Virus record (IMG/VR): IMGVR_UViG_3300017716_002909
Coordinates: 1-29,583 of that record
Reading direction: 5' to 3' (one strand)
Length of the DNA: 29,583 nt
Source of the DNA: a virus
Taxonomy: Duplodnaviria; Caudoviricetes
Every line of letters starts with the position of its first letter. Positions within the stretch are counted from its first letter, which is position 1. The position numbers were made by a program, and so were the translations under genes. Of the stretch, positions 17,713 through 26,609 are shown piece by piece. The notes under the pieces are model-generated. The model was not told where the DNA came from. It searched no databases and saw only the letters and a list, made by a program, of their open reading frames with translations.

Positions 17713-18500
17713 TGGAAGCTAAAGATATTTTATTCAGATGCTCGGGGCTTGGACTAATAATGTCCGAGCCTCAAAGCAAAGCGGACAAAGATGCTGGCAA
17801 TTTAGGTGAAACAGTTAAAACGCATTTAGTTGACATTTATGTTTCCAATATGTATAACCGCTTCACTGAAATTAATTCCAGCATATTAAGCAAAGGAAAT
17901 GAAGTTGAAGAAGATGCTATAACCACAGTCAGCAGGAAGCTTAAAAAAGTTTTCAAAAAGAACGAAAAGCACTTGTCGAATTCCTATATAAAAGGAACGC
18001 CCGATTTATTTGAAGGAGAATCAATTGAGAAAGCTGACGTGATCAGGGACACTAAAAGTTCATGGAACGCTTTCACTTTCTTCAGGGCAAAAAATAAAGC
18101 TTTGATAAAAAACTATTATTGGCAAGGTCAAGGATATATGGAATTGACAGGTGCTAAGACTTGCTTCTTTGATTATTGCCTTATTAATACTCCTTATCAT
18201 ATTGTTGAAGGTGAGTTAAGGCGAGAAAGCTACAACCATGCTGAAGGCAACACCCCTTCATGGGTAGAGCTTCAAATAATAGCTAACCACGTTTATGATT
18301 TAAAGACCTTTGATGAATACAGCCAGCGCAGAGGGATATTCGACATTGACGATAATTGCAGATATATAAGGGCAGGCTTCGTTGAAATTCCTTTAGCTGA
18401 TAGGCACTTTTCAATTGAGATAAAATATGATGCTGAAGCAATTGAGAAGCTTTATAAAAGAATTGAAAAGTGCAAAGAATATTTAGAAACTAATTTTTAA
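17712..18500 (+). CDS. YqaJ/lambda-exonuclease-like nuclease
   Basis: 'FRCS', 'KGNEVEEDA', 'GTPD', 'DTKSSW', 'YYWQGQGYMELTG' PD-(D/E)XK pattern; coupled to recT. Confidence 0.85.
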   Translation: MEAKDILFRCSGLGLIMSEPQSKADKDAGNLGETVKTHLVDIYVSNMYNRFTEINSSILSKGNEVEEDAITTVSRKLKKVFKKNEKHLSNSYIKGTPDLFEGESIEKADVIRDTKSSWNAFTFFRAKNKALIKNYYWQGQGYMELTGAKTCFFDYCLINTPYHIVEGELRRESYNHAEGNTPSWVELQIIANHVYDLKTFDEYSQRRGIFDIDDNCRYIRAGFVEIPLADRHFSIEIKYDAEAIEKLYKRIEKCKEYLETNF

Positions 18501-18511
18501 AATCAACCACC

Positions 18512-18808
18512 ATGACAAAAACAAATTTAATCAAAGAACTAGCACTTGAACATTCCATGACTAAAGACCAAGTTGAATTAATAGTGGAAAGCCTGCTAAG
18601 AAAAATAACCAAAGCAGCAGTGAAGAAACAGGACACGCACATTCGTGGCTTTGGCTCATTCCTTTCAATAAAAAAGAAAGCTAAAATCGGGCAGGACATA
18701 AGAAGAAAAGAGCCGATTCAAATTCCAGCTCACTATTCCATTAAGTTCAAAGTTTCAAAGTCATTAATTCACAGAATAAATAAACCATGCGATGAAACTA
18801 ATTATTAA
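18512..18808 (+). CDS. HU/IHF-family DNA-binding protein
   Basis: 'MTKTNLI...IRGFGSF...IQIPA...KFKVSKSL'. Confidence 0.88.
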   Translation: MTKTNLIKELALEHSMTKDQVELIVESLLRKITKAAVKKQDTHIRGFGSFLSIKKKAKIGQDIRRKEPIQIPAHYSIKFKVSKSLIHRINKPCDETNY

Positions 18809-19085
18809 ACCAATAGTTGAAAAGTGGCTTATTAAAGAGCCAGCTTTAAGGGATAGCGATGAAAAGCTTTGTGCTGCTATTTGGAGAAATGAAATCGAAA
18901 GGCAAGCAGCTCCCACTTTGTTTCCTGACTTCCTTGCTTACTATGCTGCTGGAAAGCTTACAAGTGCTGAAAGCATCAGAAGGACAAGGCAGAAGCTCCA
19001 AGAGGAACAGCCAGCGCTTCGTGGCGCTAAATATGAAGCAAGGCAAGCAGCGCAGTATAAAGCCAAACAGGAGTTAGGATATTGA
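18792..19085 (+). CDS. Hypothetical phage protein
   Basis: 97 aa, 'LRDSDEKL', 'ESIRRTRQKLQE'. Confidence 0.7.
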   Translation: MKLIIKPIVEKWLIKEPALRDSDEKLCAAIWRNEIERQAAPTLFPDFLAYYAAGKLTSAESIRRTRQKLQEEQPALRGAKYEARQAAQYKAKQELGY

Positions 19086-19087
19086 AT

Positions 19088-19114
19088 AAAGGGGAGCTTA
19101 ATTGCTCCCTTTTT
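19088..19114 (+). terminator. Intrinsic terminator
   Basis: AAAGGGGAGC-TTAATT-GCTCCCTTTTT directly after the stop codon. Confidence 0.8.
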
Positions 19115-19188
19115 GGTTTTTATGGGCTTGACTTTCAAACGCTTGTGTCTTTCTTTTGATTTATGTATATATAATTCAAAACTAATCA

Positions 19189-19196
19189 TATCTTTG
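19189..19196 (+). promoter_or_regulatory. -7 box TATCTTTG; near-leaderless transcript
   Basis: TAnnTTTG ending 5 nt before ATG 19202, following a terminator. Confidence 0.55.
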
Positions 19197-19201
19197 TCCC
19201 C

Positions 19202-19453
19202 ATGAACGAAGAAAAAAAAACTTTGGAGCTTTCTTTCACTTGCTTAGAAGCAGGAAGAGCAGCAGAAACTTTAAGAGATATTGAAAATACATTTTACCAT
19301 TATGATTGCGAAATGGAACGCAAATTTCCAAACGTATGGAGCTTTATTTTCTTTGGCAATAATCAGGAAGAAATGCAGGAAGAACTTACAGCTTGCTTGA
19401 CTGAACTATTCGCTCAACAAGGGCTTTCAGAATTTGAAATAATTAATAACTAA
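19202..19453 (+). CDS. Hypothetical acidic protein
   Basis: 83 aa, Glu-rich. Confidence 0.65.
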   Translation: MNEEKKTLELSFTCLEAGRAAETLRDIENTFYHYDCEMERKFPNVWSFIFFGNNQEEMQEELTACLTELFAQQGLSEFEIINN

Positions 19454-19489
19454 AAACCAATAAACAGCCACAGACGGCACTCAAAAAAC

Positions 19490-20377
19490 ATGGAAAACTT
19501 TAATTTAGCAACATTCGAACTATTAGAAGCCACAGGTCTTAATTGGACAGTGAAAAAAGAGCCTTTATTTGCAGCAGACAACAAAGCCACAGAGAGCTTT
19601 GGAATGTTCCGCAACGACACAGGTAAATGGTTAGGCACAGTAGGAAACCGCTACGCTCCAATGCAGAACTACGAGCTGGCTGAAACCATTGTTCAGGCAA
19701 CCGATCAATTGGAACTTAAAACTCAAAGAGGCGGTCAGCTTGCAGGTGGAAGCAAGGTTTATCTTCAGGCTGAACTTCCTGATTCATTCATTGGAAACAG
19801 CAACGTGAAACGCTGGATAACAGGTTTGAATTCTCATGACGGCAGTTCTTCGATAGGCTTTGGAAGCAGCAGCACAGTAATAATATGTCAAAACACTTTT
19901 TACAAGGCTTATAAAGACCTTTCTAAATTCAGACATACCCAAAGTGCACAGGAAAGAATAAAGGCAGCAGTAGCCGATTTACGCAAGGCATTACAGCTGG
20001 ACAACGACTTAATGGATAACTTTAAGCGCATGGCTGATATTCAATTGAAAGATGAAATGATTGAGGCAGTTATTAGAAAGATATTCAAAGTTGACCCCAA
20101 TGCCAGCAGCGAAAAAGTTTCGACACGCAAATTCAATATTGTCAACCAATTTGCAGGAAGCTTGCAGACTGAAATTGGCTTAGAAGGAAACACTTTATGG
20201 GGTTTATTCAATGGAATTACAAGATTCACAAACCACGTTGCAGCGCCACAGGAAGCTGAAAAGAAAGCCGACTTTTTAATGACAGGATCGGGCTTTGCAA
20301 TGGCGAGCGCAGGCTATGACGAAATCATGAAGTGGGTTGAAGCAAATGAAGTTCAATATCAATTTATAGGCAAATAA
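19490..20377 (+). CDS. DUF932-family phage/plasmid protein
   Basis: 'GLNWTV.K.PL', 'LGTVG.RY.P.QN', 'NSHDGSSS', 'VIICQNT', 'TLWGLFNGIT.F..H'. Confidence 0.85.
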   Translation: MENFNLATFELLEATGLNWTVKKEPLFAADNKATESFGMFRNDTGKWLGTVGNRYAPMQNYELAETIVQATDQLELKTQRGGQLAGGSKVYLQAELPDSFIGNSNVKRWITGLNSHDGSSSIGFGSSSTVIICQNTFYKAYKDLSKFRHTQSAQERIKAAVADLRKALQLDNDLMDNFKRMADIQLKDEMIEAVIRKIFKVDPNASSEKVSTRKFNIVNQFAGSLQTEIGLEGNTLWGLFNGITRFTNHVAAPQEAEKKADFLMTGSGFAMASAGYDEIMKWVEANEVQYQFIGK

Positions 20378-20388
20378 TTTTTAACAGC

Positions 20389-20416
20389 GCAGGAGAGGTT
20401 TAAAAGCCTTTCCTGC
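20389..20416 (+). terminator. Stem-loop downstream of the DUF932 gene
   Basis: GCAGGAGAGGTTT...AAGCCTTTCCTGC with G-U pairs that favour the plus-strand RNA; weak U tract. Confidence 0.5.
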
Positions 20417-20432
20417 ATTAATTAACTAAGAA

Positions 20433-20669
20433 ATGAAGAAGCAAATAAAATTATTTAACCAGCTTTCAAAGCGCTATGATTTGAGCGACTTTTATGTCAT
20501 AAGGTTAAGCGAATCACAGGTGGCTTTGCAAGGCTATTGCACAGCAAAGAACTTAAAGCTGCTTTCAGATAACATGACCACTATGAGCTTTGATGCTAAC
20601 AATTTTTTACAAGGCGCTTGCTGCTTTGGAAGCTTACATATTATTATTACTTTAACACCCAAAAATTAA
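20433..20669 (+). CDS. Hypothetical protein
   Basis: 78 aa ORF in the operon. Confidence 0.65.
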   Translation: MKKQIKLFNQLSKRYDLSDFYVIRLSESQVALQGYCTAKNLKLLSDNMTTMSFDANNFLQGACCFGSLHIIITLTPKN

Positions 20670-20672
20670 GCC

Positions 20673-21005
20673 ATGACCATATCAAAATACAAGGAGCATA
20701 CTGACAAGGAAATTGACTACATTTTAGCGCAGGCTCAAAACCCAAATTTTCAGTCTTTGAATAGGGAACTTTTAGAAGGCATTTTTGAAACTCACAGGAT
20801 CATGGCTGTTTTAGATTCCAGCATTCGAGCCAATGAAAAACTAGCTGAAGAATATAAAGCCAAAACGCAAACTGAAGTTGATGAAAGCGCTGGCATATTT
20901 TCACCAATGCTTCGCAAAGAACCTGAAGCGCCACAAATGTTTTACGGCAGCGAAGCATCAAGGATATTCCATGCAGGAGAAGAAAGGAGCAGCGATGCAG
21001 AATAG
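20673..21005 (+). CDS. Hypothetical protein
   Basis: 110 aa ORF in the operon. Confidence 0.65.
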   Translation: MTISKYKEHTDKEIDYILAQAQNPNFQSLNRELLEGIFETHRIMAVLDSSIRANEKLAEEYKAKTQTEVDESAGIFSPMLRKEPEAPQMFYGSEASRIFHAGEERSSDAE

Positions 21006-21171
21006 CAGAAGTTTTGAACCGCTTCATGGTTACAAGCGCTGTAACTTCGACTTTGAGCTTTATGGCAGAATCATAAAGGCAAGGAATGAAAAGCCAGCGC
21101 AGCAGCATGAAAAGCAGCCACAGGAGCATTTATCAATATCAAATACAGTTACCAATGAAACCAAAAGATAA
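20995..21171 (+). CDS. Hypothetical protein
   Basis: Likely start MQNSRSFEP at 20995; bridges the neighbouring genes with short overlaps. Confidence 0.45.
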   Translation: MQNSRSFEPLHGYKRCNFDFELYGRIIKARNEKPAQQHEKQPQEHLSISNTVTNETKR

Positions 21172-21340
21172 AAGGGGTGGAAAGCGAGCAGGCGCTGGAA
21201 GAAAGAAAGGCGAGCCGACAACAGTCTTTCAAGTTAGAATAAAAGAAAAACACCTTGATAATTTGCAGGTTATTGTTAAGCGCTTCCTGAATGAACAAAA
21301 AATCAGGGATAAGTATTTGACACCTGAAAAAAAGGCTTAA
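21155..21340 (+). CDS. Small basic DNA-binding protein (RGG.R.GAGRK motif, RHH-like)
   Basis: MKPKDKRGGKRAGAGRKKGEPTTVFQVRI...; start at 21155 fits better than 21086. Confidence 0.65.
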   Translation: MKPKDKRGGKRAGAGRKKGEPTTVFQVRIKEKHLDNLQVIVKRFLNEQKIRDKYLTPEKKA

Positions 21341-21345
21341 TTTTG
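21316..21345 (+). promoter_or_regulatory. Putative promoter of the replication operon
   Basis: TTTG at 21316-21319, 18 nt spacer, TAATTTTG at 21338-21345. Confidence 0.5.
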
Positions 21346-21393
21346 AATTCAAATAAACATAAATGCAGTATGTTATTTATTAATAAAATATTC

Positions 21394-21441
21394 AAAGCTT
21401 TGCCTGATGGACTGCATTTCCTGAGGGCAAAGCTTTTTTTT
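21394..21441 (+). terminator. Terminator/attenuator in the leader of the replication initiator
   Basis: AAAGCTTTGCC (21394-21404) pairs with GGCAAAGCTTT (21426-21436); U tract follows, ending 4 nt before the ATG. Confidence 0.7.
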
Positions 21442-21445
21442 ATTC

Positions 21446-22129
21446 ATGGCAGAAGATAAAAAAGTGGTATTAATTTATACCGATTGGATTGAGAATTTTG
21501 AAAGCTTAGAAGATGCAGAAGCTGGAAGATTAGTCAAGCATTTATTTAGATATGTAAATGACTTGAATCCTGAAGCACCCGACAGAATTACAGAACTTTC
21601 TTTCATTCCATTAAGGCAGCAGCTCAAAAGAGATTTAGAAAAGTGGGAGCAAACTTTAATTGGAAGAAGCAACGCAGGCAAGGCTTCAGCAGAAGCTCGA
21701 AAGAAAAAAGGAACAAAAGCAACAGATGTTCATTTTGTTGAAAATATTTCAACAGAAGCCAACAAAGCTGAACAAGGCTTAACAAATTCAACTGTTACAG
21801 TAAAAGATACAGTAAAGGTTAATGATATATTATTATTTAACAATAATAATAATGAGAAGCACCCACTTCAAATTTTAATTGAAAGCAAGTTTTCAAATGT
21901 TGCAAGCTTAAAAAATCAACTCACAGCTGAAGAAGCTTTTAAAATTGAAAATAAATTTTCAAAAGAAATAATTAAGCAAGTGCTGGAAGGCATGGAGAAT
22001 AAAAAAGACTTGACTAAAAAATACGTTTCAGTTTATTTAACTTTGAATAAGTGGTGCGAAAATCAAAAGCCAGCGCTTCCAGCAGCGAATGAAAATCAAA
22101 GCAGAATTGAAAGACTAAAAAACCTTTAA
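21446..22129 (+). CDS. Replication initiator (DUF6291-like N-terminus)
   Basis: 'KKVVLIYTDW...L.D.EAGRL.K.LF.Y', 'RSNAGKASAEAR', low-complexity linker containing repeats. Confidence 0.75.
   Translation: MAEDKKVVLIYTDWIENFESLEDAEAGRLVKHLFRYVNDLNPEAPDRITELSFIPLRQQLKRDLEKWEQTLIGRSNAGKASAEARKKKGTKATDVHFVENISTEANKAEQGLTNSTVTVKDTVKVNDILLFNNNNNEKHPLQILIESKFSNVASLKNQLTAEEAFKIENKFSKEIIKQVLEGMENKKDLTKKYVSVYLTLNKWCENQKPALPAANENQSRIERLKNL
21712..21853. repeat. Putative replication origin inside the initiator gene
   Basis: AACA at 21712, 21721, 21751, 21761, 21771, 21781; inverted repeat TGTTGAAA-ATA-TTTCAACA at 21736-21754; TACAGTAAA twice; AT-rich tract after. Confidence 0.55.
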
Positions 22130-22133
22130 AAAA

Positions 22134-22943
22134 ATGAGCAAAGAATTACAAAAAACAGAAAACAGCCATTTAGGCGATTTAAGCCATTCAAAAGCTATAA
22201 ATATATATGTGGCAGCATTGAGTGGAATCAGCGCAACAGAAGCGACAGAAACAGCCCTGTTTGACTATTTAAGGAACAAAGTTAAGCTTTCATTCTTTGA
22301 AGCAGGTCAGGACAAGAATTTAGATTCTGAAACTTTGAATCAGCTGACAAGCATTTTAACCGCTGATATTAAGCGAGATTTTAAAGTTGCAAAGCTAAAT
22401 GAAATCGGTGAAGCTTTCAGGCTTGGAGTTAGGAAAACTTACGGTGATTATTTTGGGCTGTCAGTGATCACTTTCAATGAATGGATAAGGGGCTATTTAA
22501 AATCAGAAGAAAGGAAGTTTGCCCTTCAGGCTTTAAATAAACCAAAGCCAGCAGTTGAAAGCCATGAAGAAAAAGCCAAACAGATTTTTGACAACATGCT
22601 TCCTGAAATGCTGGCAGAATATAAAAGGACAGGAAAGTGCTTGAACTTTGGAAATGTGCGGTATAATTATTTGGTTGAAAAGGGACTTATTACTGCTGAC
22701 CATTGGCTTAATTATAGAGGCAATGCTGAAGCCATGCTCCACAACCAATTAGAAGAAGAAAAGGAACAGAAGTGGGCAAACATTAACGAAGTCAAGCGAA
22801 TTAAGATAGAGCTTGAAAATATGGAGCAAGGCGAAGACCACCCAAGATTGAAACAGGAATCTTGCAACTATGCAGTTCTATTTTGGTGCGCTGCTGAAGC
22901 AAAAAAGTTTAATAATAATAACGGAGAAATTAAAAACCAATAA
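22134..22943 (+). CDS. Putative replication accessory protein (helicase-loader-like position)
   Basis: 269 aa directly after the initiator; 'EI.EAF.LGV...YG.YFGLSV.TF..W'. Confidence 0.55.
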   Translation: MSKELQKTENSHLGDLSHSKAINIYVAALSGISATEATETALFDYLRNKVKLSFFEAGQDKNLDSETLNQLTSILTADIKRDFKVAKLNEIGEAFRLGVRKTYGDYFGLSVITFNEWIRGYLKSEERKFALQALNKPKPAVESHEEKAKQIFDNMLPEMLAEYKRTGKCLNFGNVRYNYLVEKGLITADHWLNYRGNAEAMLHNQLEEEKEQKWANINEVKRIKIELENMEQGEDHPRLKQESCNYAVLFWCAAEAKKFNNNNGEIKNQ

Positions 22944-22951
22944 CCAAAAAC

Positions 22952-23866
22952 ATGAGCAAAATTAAATTTAGAGAAATCAGGCTTTCCAAATCCAACAAAG
23001 AAAGACTTGAAACCATTAATGAGATTATTAATGAATATCAGGAAGACGGCTACAAATTAACTTTAAGGCAGCTGTATTATCAATTGGTTAGTAGGGATAT
23101 TATACCTAACAAGCTGGCTGAATATTCAAAGCTTTCAACTTTATTAAAAGAGGGCAGAATGGGTGGCATAGTTGATTGGGATGCAATTGAAGACAGGTTA
23201 AGAAAACCGAGCAAGCCTTCAAGTTGGGACAGCCCTTCAGATGCGATTGATTCATTGATAAGCCAATATAAGCTCCCGAGAATGAAAGGGCAGCACACTT
23301 ACATTGAAGTGTGGGTTGAAAAGGATGCTTTGTCAGGAGTTTTAAAAAGAGTGACAGAAAAGTTCCACATTCCAATTGTGGTGAATAGAGGCTACAGTTC
23401 TGCTTCAGCAATGTTTGAAGCTTATAATAGATTTAAATATGGCATCAGCGATATTTTAAAAGAAGAAGACCAAGACGGAGCAGCAGTTGTTATTTTTTAT
23501 TTAGGGGACTTCGACCCTTCAGGAATGGACATGATAAGGGACGTGAAGGATAGAATTTTGGAATTTGCGCAGAAAGATTACGACTTCTTTCCTTTGGAAG
23601 TTATACCAATTGCTTTGACTAAAGAACAAATTGAGCAATATAACCCACCACCCAATCCAGCAAAAACAACCGACCCAAGAGCGAAAGGCTTTATTGAAGA
23701 ACATGGCGCTACGAGTTGGGAAGTGGATGCACTTCCACCAAAGGTTCTTAACAATTTATTGGACAGGGCTATTATGCAATATATAGACTATAAAAAATAT
23801 TTTGAAATAGTGCAGCAGGAAATAAAAGACAAAGAAAAATTAACTCTTTTAAAACAGTCAATGTAA
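22952..23866 (+). CDS. Topo VI-A/JetD-like winged-helix plus TOPRIM protein
   Basis: 'LTLRQLYYQLV', 'EVWVEKDAL', 'NRGYSS', 'LGDFDPSG', 'WEVDAL'. Confidence 0.75.
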   Translation: MSKIKFREIRLSKSNKERLETINEIINEYQEDGYKLTLRQLYYQLVSRDIIPNKLAEYSKLSTLLKEGRMGGIVDWDAIEDRLRKPSKPSSWDSPSDAIDSLISQYKLPRMKGQHTYIEVWVEKDALSGVLKRVTEKFHIPIVVNRGYSSASAMFEAYNRFKYGISDILKEEDQDGAAVVIFYLGDFDPSGMDMIRDVKDRILEFAQKDYDFFPLEVIPIALTKEQIEQYNPPPNPAKTTDPRAKGFIEEHGATSWEVDALPPKVLNNLLDRAIMQYIDYKKYFEIVQQEIKDKEKLTLLKQSM

Positions 23867-24348
23867 TGGCAAAAGTTAGAACATTGAGCAGAACCTTTAT
23901 GAAGGGGCATCCAAAGCAAGGTCAGCCGACCCACTTTGTAGAAAAGTTTTTAAAGTCAATAAATAAAATATTCGCTGATGAAAACCGAGAATTAAACCCA
24001 CGCCTTTCATTGGATAATTTTCAACCAAAGCACCACACTGTTCGCATGGGCAGGCATTTTAAACCGCAGGATGAACTAACAGTGGCGGTTTGGAGTGGCA
24101 AGCCATATCGAAGTAAGCAGATAAAGCTTTGGACAGGAAGCATAAGAACTATCAATGTTTTAATTTATAGTTCAAGTCAAGGGTGCAGGTTTATGAAGCA
24201 AGACACTGATTCAGTTCTTTATCAAATAGGAAGTTTGCAGCTGGCAAAAAATGACGGTTTGAACCACGAAGACTTCCAAGCTTGGTTTAAACTTCCACAT
24301 GGAATTCATGAAGCTCAGATACTTATTTGGGGTGGGGTTGAATATTAA
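23866..24348 (+). CDS. ASCH/PUA-like protein
   Basis: 'PKHHTVR', 'WSGKPYRSKQ', 'LAKNDGL...F..WF'. Confidence 0.6.
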   Translation: MAKVRTLSRTFMKGHPKQGQPTHFVEKFLKSINKIFADENRELNPRLSLDNFQPKHHTVRMGRHFKPQDELTVAVWSGKPYRSKQIKLWTGSIRTINVLIYSSSQGCRFMKQDTDSVLYQIGSLQLAKNDGLNHEDFQAWFKLPHGIHEAQILIWGGVEY

Positions 24349-24359
24349 ATAAAAATTTT

Positions 24360-24755
24360 ATGCCAATAGATTACACAAAATATCCTGCTAATTGGTTGAA
24401 GGAAATAAGACCGAGAATAATGGCAAGGGCAAACAACATGTGCGAAAGCGAAGGGTGCGACTATGTGCATTTAGAGGAAGTTTGGGCTGTCAAATATAAA
24501 GGCAAAACATCAGGTTGGTTTAGGAGCTTTGAAGAAGCTGAAGCAATGCCAAAGTCTATCGAAGCAAAGAAGATAAACGGAAAACTTCAGCAAGTTCCAA
24601 ACCCTAAAAAAGTGAAGGTTATTTTAACAATAGCCCACCTTGACCATGACGAAACAAACCATGAAGTTCAAGACGAAAGGCTAAAAGCTTTGTGCCAGCT
24701 TTGCCACCTTAGATATGATGCGAAAGAAAAATATCGTAGGTCTTTAATAAAATAA
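24360..24755 (+). CDS. HNH-like zinc-binding protein
   Basis: 'YPANW..EIR..I..RA...CE..GC', 'LTIAHLDHD', 'LCQLCHLRYD'. Confidence 0.75.
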   Translation: MPIDYTKYPANWLKEIRPRIMARANNMCESEGCDYVHLEEVWAVKYKGKTSGWFRSFEEAEAMPKSIEAKKINGKLQQVPNPKKVKVILTIAHLDHDETNHEVQDERLKALCQLCHLRYDAKEKYRRSLIK

Positions 24756-24759
24756 ATAA

Positions 24760-24894
24760 ATGAAAATATTAAGCAGAAGAAATACTTTGAAGGAGCTGGC
24801 ATTTATGAGGAAGCGCTTTCTTAATCTCAAAAACATTCCTTATAAAAGTTACCTGTGGCAATATACTGTTCTCCCTAAAAAAGTGAGGTTTTAA
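24760..24894 (+). CDS. Hypothetical 44 aa basic protein
   Basis: Manual ORF MKILSRRNTLKELAF... that fills the gap. Confidence 0.45.
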   Translation: MKILSRRNTLKELAFMRKRFLNLKNIPYKSYLWQYTVLPKKVRF

Positions 24895-24896
24895 TT

Positions 24897-25115
24897 ATGA
24901 GAACTTTTTATTGGAATTCAACCCCAAAGATTGAAATGTTTATTGGGAAAAACGTAACAGGCTGTCATTTAATTGAAATGTTAAACTATTGTCCTGAAAG
25001 ATATTTTAAAGATATAAAAGGAATTAGTATAAAAAAGCACAACATGATTTCACCAAATACTATTCTTTCGGAAACAATGGACAAAAACATAACTATTCAT
25101 GCTGATATAAAATGA
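24897..25115 (+). CDS. Hypothetical protein
   Basis: 72 aa; overlaps the ninG start. Confidence 0.55.
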   Translation: MRTFYWNSTPKIEMFIGKNVTGCHLIEMLNYCPERYFKDIKGISIKKHNMISPNTILSETMDKNITIHADIK

Positions 25116-25708
25116 AGCCAAAGAAAAAAAAGTGCAGACATTGCGGTTCTCCTTTCATGCCTTTCAATAGCTTGCAGGTGGCTTGCTGCATTGATTGCAG
25201 TTTAGCCCTTGCAAAGCTTCAGCAGGAAGCCAAAGCAAAGAAAGAAGCATCCAGCAGCAGGAAAGTTGAACAAGCACTGAAGCAGTTGAAAAGGGCAGAA
25301 TTTGACCAAAAGTTTAAGAAGCTCTCGGAATATGAAGCAGAAGCTAAAAAACAGTTTCAACTTTATTGCAGGCTTCGTGATCATAAATCGGGGTGCATCA
25401 GTTGCGGAACAACCAGCAGCCAAATTTGGGACGGTGGGCATTATATGAAAGCCGAGCTTTATTCGGGCACTATCTTCCACGAATTGAATGTCAATAAGCA
25501 GTGCAGGAAGTGCAACTTTTATATTGGTGGAAATGAATTCAACTATAGAATTGGACTTGTTGCAAAAATAGGACATGAAGCTGTTGAAGCTTTGGAAAAA
25601 GAAGCGCAGGAGAAAAGGTTCTATAAATGGTCAAGGGATGAACTGATAGAAATAAAAGCGCTCTATCTGCAAAAGTGCAGGGAGCTAAAAAAAAGCATTG
25701 AAAAGTAA
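25112..25708 (+). CDS. ninG: NinG/Rap-family endonuclease
   Basis: 'CRHC', 'RLRD...CISCG', 'DGGHY', 'NVNKQCRKCN...GN...YR.GL..KIG'. Confidence 0.88.
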   Translation: MKPKKKKCRHCGSPFMPFNSLQVACCIDCSLALAKLQQEAKAKKEASSSRKVEQALKQLKRAEFDQKFKKLSEYEAEAKKQFQLYCRLRDHKSGCISCGTTSSQIWDGGHYMKAELYSGTIFHELNVNKQCRKCNFYIGGNEFNYRIGLVAKIGHEAVEALEKEAQEKRFYKWSRDELIEIKALYLQKCRELKKSIEK

Positions 25709-25731
25709 AATAATAGTTTAATATTTGTTGC

Positions 25732-26016
25732 ATGAATGAAATAAAGTTTGAGATTTTTAAAGCTTTCGCACTTAGGTTGTGGATGCTTTCAGGCAGAAGT
25801 TTTACTGCTGCTGCTTTCTTATTTGCCCACAGCCTTCACCCTCATTGGGTTTTTATTGTTTCCTTTTGTATAAGCTTTCCTTTAGTGCTAATCGCATTTT
25901 ATAGGCTTATCGAAACAGTGCGTTTGTATTTCAAAATACTTCCTGATATCGACAAGCTGAAGCAGGAAGAAGTGAAAGCTGAGAATAAAAAATACCTTAA
26001 AAAATTAACAAAATGA
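25732..26016 (+). CDS. Small membrane protein
   Basis: 94 aa, two hydrophobic segments. Confidence 0.6.
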   Translation: MNEIKFEIFKAFALRLWMLSGRSFTAAAFLFAHSLHPHWVFIVSFCISFPLVLIAFYRLIETVRLYFKILPDIDKLKQEEVKAENKKYLKKLTK

Positions 26017-26609
26017 TTGAGCAGGTAGCAATTAATTTGTTGAAGCTGAATGATAATAACCCACGCTTCATAAAGGACGAGAAGTTTCAAAAGCTTGTCA
26101 AGTCTATTAAAGAATTTCCAGCAATGCTTCAACTGCGACCAATTGTCGTGAATGAAGATATGGTTGTGCTTGGTGGCAACATGCGGTTAAGGGCATGCAA
26201 AGAAGCAGGTTTGAAAGAAGTGCCAATCATTAAAGCCAGCAACTTAACTGAAGCGCAGCAGAACGAGTTTATCATAAAAGACAACGTGGGCTTTGGAGAA
26301 TGGGCTTGGGATGAACTAGCGAATGGTTGGGACACAGAACTGCTAACAGTTTGGGGCTTGGATATAGTGGGCTTTGACGTGAATGCAGACAAGTTTGGAG
26401 AAGGCTTCAGTTTAGCAGACGGTCAGAAACCACCCTTTCAACAAATGACATTCACGCTTGCAGACGAGCAAGCCACAATAATTAAAAATGCAATGGAAGA
26501 CATCAAGCAGACTGACGAATATAAGTTTGGTGAATTCTTTGAAAACGAAAACAGCAACGGTAACGCACTTGCATTAATTGTGCAGCAATGGGCAGAGCTA
26601 AAGAAATAG
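26013..26609 (+). CDS. ParB/Srx-like domain protein
   Basis: 'NNPRFI...KLVKSIKEFP.ML.LRPIVV....VLGGNMRLRAC', 'FIIKDN..FGEW'. Confidence 0.85.
   Translation: MIEQVAINLLKLNDNNPRFIKDEKFQKLVKSIKEFPAMLQLRPIVVNEDMVVLGGNMRLRACKEAGLKEVPIIKASNLTEAQQNEFIIKDNVGFGEWAWDELANGWDTELLTVWGLDIVGFDVNADKFGEGFSLADGQKPPFQQMTFTLADEQATIIKNAMEDIKQTDEYKFGEFFENENSNGNALALIVQQWAELKK

Noticed and set aside
15822-19145. AAAGTCAAG and CAAGCGT shared (inverted) upstream of two early promoters
   Set aside because: Short, and their order differs between the two sites; could be chance.
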